From assembly GCF_006345805.1 (NCBI RefSeq), contig NW_021826488.1, positions 1 to 12,801 of the forward strand: a stretch of DNA of 12,801 nucleotides. The letters are read 5' to 3'. The stretch is from Octopus sinensis. Taxonomy: Eukaryota. The position numbers were made by a program, and so were the translations under genes. Numbering within the stretch: position 1 is the stretch's first letter; each line of letters opens with the position of its first letter. Positions 9,397 to 12,801 of the stretch are shown here, one piece after another. The notes under the pieces are model-generated. The model saw nothing but the letters and a program-made list of their open reading frames with translations. It searched no databases and was not told the origin of the DNA.

Positions 9397-9731
9397 TTTT
9401 TGTTGTAAGGTTAATGTACGTACCGCTCGATTGTTATTCTTGGGTTGAATAGTATCGGTGGCATTTAATTTCTTCGTAGTCCTTTGTACATGGTGTTTGG
9501 GTCGGGAGATGATCGTGATGTTTCACGCATGTTTACATGTGTTCGTTTAGAGGTGGAGATATATCGAGTCAAAATACATCATTTCGTTTCGAAAATAGTA
9601 ATAAATTTCAATTAGTATTACTTACTCGGATATAGTCCAATTCTTTGTTAGTAAATCTTTGGCTCCATAGGGTGTCCTTGTTTTCGATGTTTTGGGATAG
9701 ATTTCGGAGCTCTGTATTTTCCTTCTTACAT

Positions 9732-9777
9732 CTTAAACGTCCCCGGTGTTATTTCCTTAAACGTCCCCGGTGTTATT
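9732..9777. repeat. 22-bp direct repeat (period 24) at the 5' terminus of the R4 element
   Basis: CTTAAACGTCCCCGGTGTTATT at 9732-9753 and 9756-9777, identical. Confidence 0.95.
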
Positions 9778-9785
9778 ATTATTAC

Positions 9786-9828
<43 letters not shown>

Positions 9829-9885
9829 TATTATTATTATTATTATTATATTTATTGTTATTATATTATTTTTTATTTTATTATT
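9773..9885. repeat. (TAT)n microsatellite, degenerating toward the right
   Basis: Direct reading; separates R4 lineage B from lineage C. Confidence 0.95.
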
Positions 9886-10868
9886 TTGTTGTTTTGTTGC
9901 CTTGCACAGCTTCTAACGCTGGAGATGTACGACAGTGTCAGTTGTTCACTACACGTGTACTAAGGTAACACCTCTTTTATTCGAGCACCTTCCGGAGTAT
10001 TCGAGCGGTTCAAGCAGTGCTATGTTCTGCAAGTGCTCCACTCTTATTGCATCACTTTTTGTTCCACTTACTTCTCGAGATTTTTACTCACTGTTCCCAG
10101 GGCCCCGACAATTATTGGTACTACTGCTACCTTTTTTCATATACCACAACTGCTTAACTTCCCAGCTAACCTGTCATATCTCTCGACTTTTCTTTCTTCC
10201 TTATCCTTGTTGTCAGCTGGCATGCTATATCTATAGCCAACGAGTTTATTTTCTTTCTCAATTAAGACTATTCAGGCTTCATATTCTCTATCATCACATG
10301 GTCGCACTGAATCATAAAATCCCATAGGATATTTGCATTTCTATTTTCGGCGATGCCTTCAGGTTTGTGGTCGTACCAATTTTTGCTCTGTCACGTCCAT
10401 ACTTGTGCAACGTGTCCGATGGACAAGCCGGCTATATTGTCGTGACGTCTCTTATATTCCTTCTAGGCTAGTGGCGTACATTGGCTGCTATATGACATAC
10501 GGTTTCACCGTTTTGTCCCACAGATCTGCACTTATCACTTTCTGATGTGTTGTCTATTTTGTAATTATGTAATCTATTGTTAGTGCTTGCTCTGGGGCAG
10601 CACAGATTCCTGGCCTCCTTTCCGGTTTTAAATCACTTTTAGTCATCCACAGCCATCTTTTTCTTTGTATGTCGTATCATGCATTGCCATGCATTCTTTT
10701 CTTTGCCACCTATTTTCAGGTTCATTAGTTTTTCAATTTCTTTTATAGTGCTTTATCTTCGTATTCTTTCATTCTACGCAAGCCAAACCTTCCTACTTCT
10801 AATAATAGCGGCTCTGTGACGTTTTTTACATACCATTTTATGTTGTTTTCTTCTCTCTAATGCTGTGT
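9886..10868 (-). mobile_element. 5'-truncated R4-clade (Rex6-like) element, lineage C copy 1
   Basis: Degraded minus-strand translation EENNIKWYVKNVTEPLL, WQRKRMHG, WMTKSDLKPE..ICAAPEQAL, KCR..GQNGETVCH, YKRRHDNIA, ILWDFMIQCDH, PIIVGALGTV, RILRKVLE* (stop 9979-9977). A ~90-nt 3' UTR runs into (AAT)n. Confidence 0.88.
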
Positions 10869-10897
10869 AAATCATAATTCTAAACACAGCATTAGAG
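10855..10897. repeat. Perfect 14-bp inverted repeat with 15-nt spacer at the 5' truncation point
   Basis: CTCTAATGCTGTGT (10855-10868) and ACACAGCATTAGAG (10884-10897). Confidence 0.95.
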
Positions 10898-10902
10898 TAA
10901 AA

Positions 10903-10904
<2 letters not shown>

Positions 10905-10949
<45 letters not shown>

Positions 10950-11061
10950 TTATTACTACTACTATTATTATTATTATGATTATTATTATTATTATTATTA
11001 TATTAATTTTATATTATTATTATATTATTATTTATTATTTATATTATTATATTATTATATT
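10905..11061. repeat. (ATT)n microsatellite, ~157 bp
   Basis: Direct reading, with occasional ACT/GAT/ATAT interruptions. Confidence 0.95.
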
Positions 11062-11501
11062 GAGTAAGTGAGTAGTGCATGCCATCAAAGTGACACTGGG
11101 TTAAAATATATGAAGCTCAGTATATCCATTATGACTACCCGTCAGACAACGATACAACAGGCACATGCATCACAACCATATTTGCGCGACATCTTAATTT
11201 CATATCAAGATTAACAGCGCATTACCTTACAGGTGGATCCCACTTAGAATTTTCTTCTGGTCCAGTAGCCTATCCCGCTCAAAAAGTCCCTGTATAAGGG
11301 TTGTTTAAGGATGTTGAACGAAACACCAAACTTTCCAGCGGTGAATTATCCAAACCCCAAAGAATCCCTATCAACATATAGTATAGGATGCTCCACCACC
11401 ACTTCTGCTCGTGATTAGAGATGCACATATCCTCAGCCACTAAGGGACATGGTCAACTGGTTAAGGTCAAACAACTGACAAGCAAATCTGTGGTATTGAG
11501 C
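11062..11501 (-). mobile_element. Unclassified non-coding interspersed repeat, copy 1 (fused to an R4 fragment)
   Basis: Aligns along its length with 11893-12294 and 12437-12787. The strand is inferred from the fusion to a minus-strand R4 ORF and the (AAT)n at its end. Confidence 0.7.
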
Positions 11502-11790
11502 CGGAGTATTCGAGCGGTTCCAAGCAGTGCTGTTTTCTGCATGTGCTACACCCTTATTGCAACCCATATACATGTACTTCTCAAGAGTTTTACTAAATGT
11601 TCCCAGGGCTCCGACAATTATTGGTACTACTACCATCTTTTTCATCGCCTGCAACTACTTAACTTTCCAAGCTAACCTGTCATATCTATCGACTTTTCTT
11701 TCTTATTGTCATGACATACGTTTCTCTATTTTGTCCACAAATTCTGCACTTATCACTTTCTGATGTGCTTTCTATTCTGTTTTTTCTGTG
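11502..11790 (-). mobile_element. R4-clade lineage C copy 2 (short, internally deleted 3' fragment)
   Basis: 11502-11711 aligns with 9993-10215 and 11712-11790 aligns with ~10493-10570 (about 80% by eye). It includes VVPIIVGALGT and a SESDKCR-like segment. Confidence 0.85.
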
Positions 11791-11791
11791 T

Positions 11792-11860
11792 ATCATCATC
11801 ATCACCATCACTCATCATCATATCATCATCATCATCATCATCATCATCATCTCATCATCA

Positions 11861-11892
<32 letters not shown>
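11792..11892. repeat. Compound (CAT)n-(TAT)n microsatellite
   Basis: (ATC)n at 11792-11863 switches to (TTA)n at 11863-11892. Confidence 0.95.
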
Positions 11893-12390
11893 GAGTGAGA
11901 GAACAGTGCATTCATCAAGTGGTAACACAGGGTAAAATATACGAAGCCCAGTATAACCATCATGACTACACATGCATCACACCATAAGTGCGCAACATGG
12001 TGATCTCATATCAAGATAAACAGCACATGACCTTGCAAGAGAGGCCCAGTTAGAATTTTCTTCTGGTCGAGTAGCCCAGCCTGCTCAAAAAGTCCCTGAA
12101 TAAGGATGCTGAACAGACCAACCATGTTTCCAAAGGTGTATTATTCAAACCTCCAAGAATTCCTTCAATACACGGCTATGGTGCTCCTCTACTACTTCTG
12201 CTCGTGATCAGAGATGCACATATCGTCAGCCACTAAAGGACATGCTCACTGGTTATGGTCAAACAACTGACAAGCAAATCTGTGGTATTGGAGCAGAATA
12301 TTTGCTGTAGCCCATCTTTTATACCAAGACAAAACAATGTAACATGATAACACTTCTAATAATTTAAGATCAGAAGCCATGGAGCCACTG
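11893..12390 (-). mobile_element. Unclassified non-coding interspersed repeat, copy 2 (longest, ~500 bp)
   Basis: Homologous to copies 1 and 3, and flanked by (TAT)n on both sides. It carries an extra ~95-bp segment (12295-12390) absent from copy 1. Confidence 0.75.
12316..12323 (-). promoter_or_regulatory. TATA-box-like motif TATAAAAG in the unclassified repeat
   Basis: Exact TATAAAAG on the minus strand, 29 nt upstream of the position where copy 1 begins. Such motifs also arise by chance in AT-rich DNA. Confidence 0.3.
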
Positions 12391-12436
12391 TTATTATTAT
12401 TATTATTATTATATTATTGTTTTATTATTATTATTA
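12391..12436. repeat. (TTA)n microsatellite
   Basis: Direct reading. Confidence 0.95.
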
Positions 12437-12801
12437 GAGTAAGTGAGTAGTGCATGCCATCAAAGTGACACTGGGTTAAAATATATGAAGCTCATATATC
12501 CATTATGACTACCCGTCAAACAACGATACAACAGGCACATGCATCACAACCATATGTGCGCGACATGGTGATCTCATATCAAGATAAACAGTACATGACC
12601 TTCCAGTGGGCCAGTTAGAATTTTCTTCAGTTGAGTAGCCCCTCCCGCTCAAACGTCCCTGAATAAGGGTTGTTTAAGGATGCTGAAAGAAACACCCATG
12701 TTTACAGAGGTGAACTATTCAAAGCCCAAAGAATCCCTCTCAACACATGGCTATGATGATCCCCCACTAATTCTGCTCGTGATCAGAGCCATGAGAGCAA
12801 C
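12437..12801 (-). mobile_element. Unclassified non-coding interspersed repeat, copy 3 (internally deleted, at the window edge)
   Basis: Aligns with copies 1 and 2. It jumps from GATCAGA directly to the terminal GCCATG-AGAGC segment. Confidence 0.75.

Larger units (their letters stand above)
5811..9777 (-). mobile_element. Apparently full-length (~4.0 kb) R4/Dong-clade non-LTR retrotransposon, lineage B
   Basis: Single long ORF remnant with N-terminal domain, RT, CCHC and RLE, a ~95-nt 3' UTR (5811-5906) and a ~380-nt 5' UTR. Both ends are embedded in (TAA)n. Confidence 0.93.

Noticed and set aside
9500-9777. HDV-like ribozyme in the R4 5' UTR (known from R2 and some other non-LTR elements)
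   Set aside because: Only a short GCTCC/GGAGC pairing is visible and I could not assemble P1-P4. A covariance or descriptor search would be needed.
9645-9968. Poly-Tyr/poly-Leu ORF (and the poly-Ile/His/Ser/Leu ORF at 11711-11935)
   Set aside because: Translation of (TAT)n and (CAT)n microsatellites.
12223-12229. CTGACGA hammerhead-like core on the minus strand of the unclassified repeat
   Set aside because: There is no downstream stem II-GAAA box, and copy 1 does not conserve the heptamer.
11062-12801. CRISPR-like or satellite interpretation of the repeated units; tRNA-derived SINE head
   Set aside because: The units are ~0.4-0.5 kb diverged interspersed copies separated by microsatellites, not short repeats with unique spacers. 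No convincing A/B boxes are present on either strand.

Overview
AT-rich eukaryotic (animal) intergenic or intronic DNA made almost entirely of retroelements and microsatellites. I find no host gene, rRNA, tRNA or CRISPR array, and every ORF in the supplied track is a transposon fragment, an antisense shadow of one, or low-complexity sequence. The repeat landscape looks cephalopod/Octopus-like to me, which is recognition-level inference only. From left to right: (1) an internally deleted R4/Dong-clade non-LTR element on + (1-906); (2) a short Penelope-type terminal fragment with a complete minimal hammerhead ribozyme fold on - (1253-1290); (3) a 5'-truncated Penelope-like element on - (GIY-YIG remnant 4429-5218 plus a long C/T-rich 3' region), interrupted by (4) a 1.65-kb Gypsy/Mag-type LTR deletion derivative with both LTRs, PBS, PPT and a near-TSD (2218-3872); (5) a (GAT)n-rich field; (6) from 5784 to the end, a stack of co-oriented inserts separated by (TAA)n tracts. 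That stack holds an apparently full-length ~4-kb R4/Dong element whose frame breaks are mostly 1-nt homopolymer indels, two truncated copies of a third R4 lineage, and three copies of an unclassified ~500-bp non-coding repeat. One of those copies is fused to an R4 ORF end about 30 nt downstream of where the repeat carries a TATA-like box.
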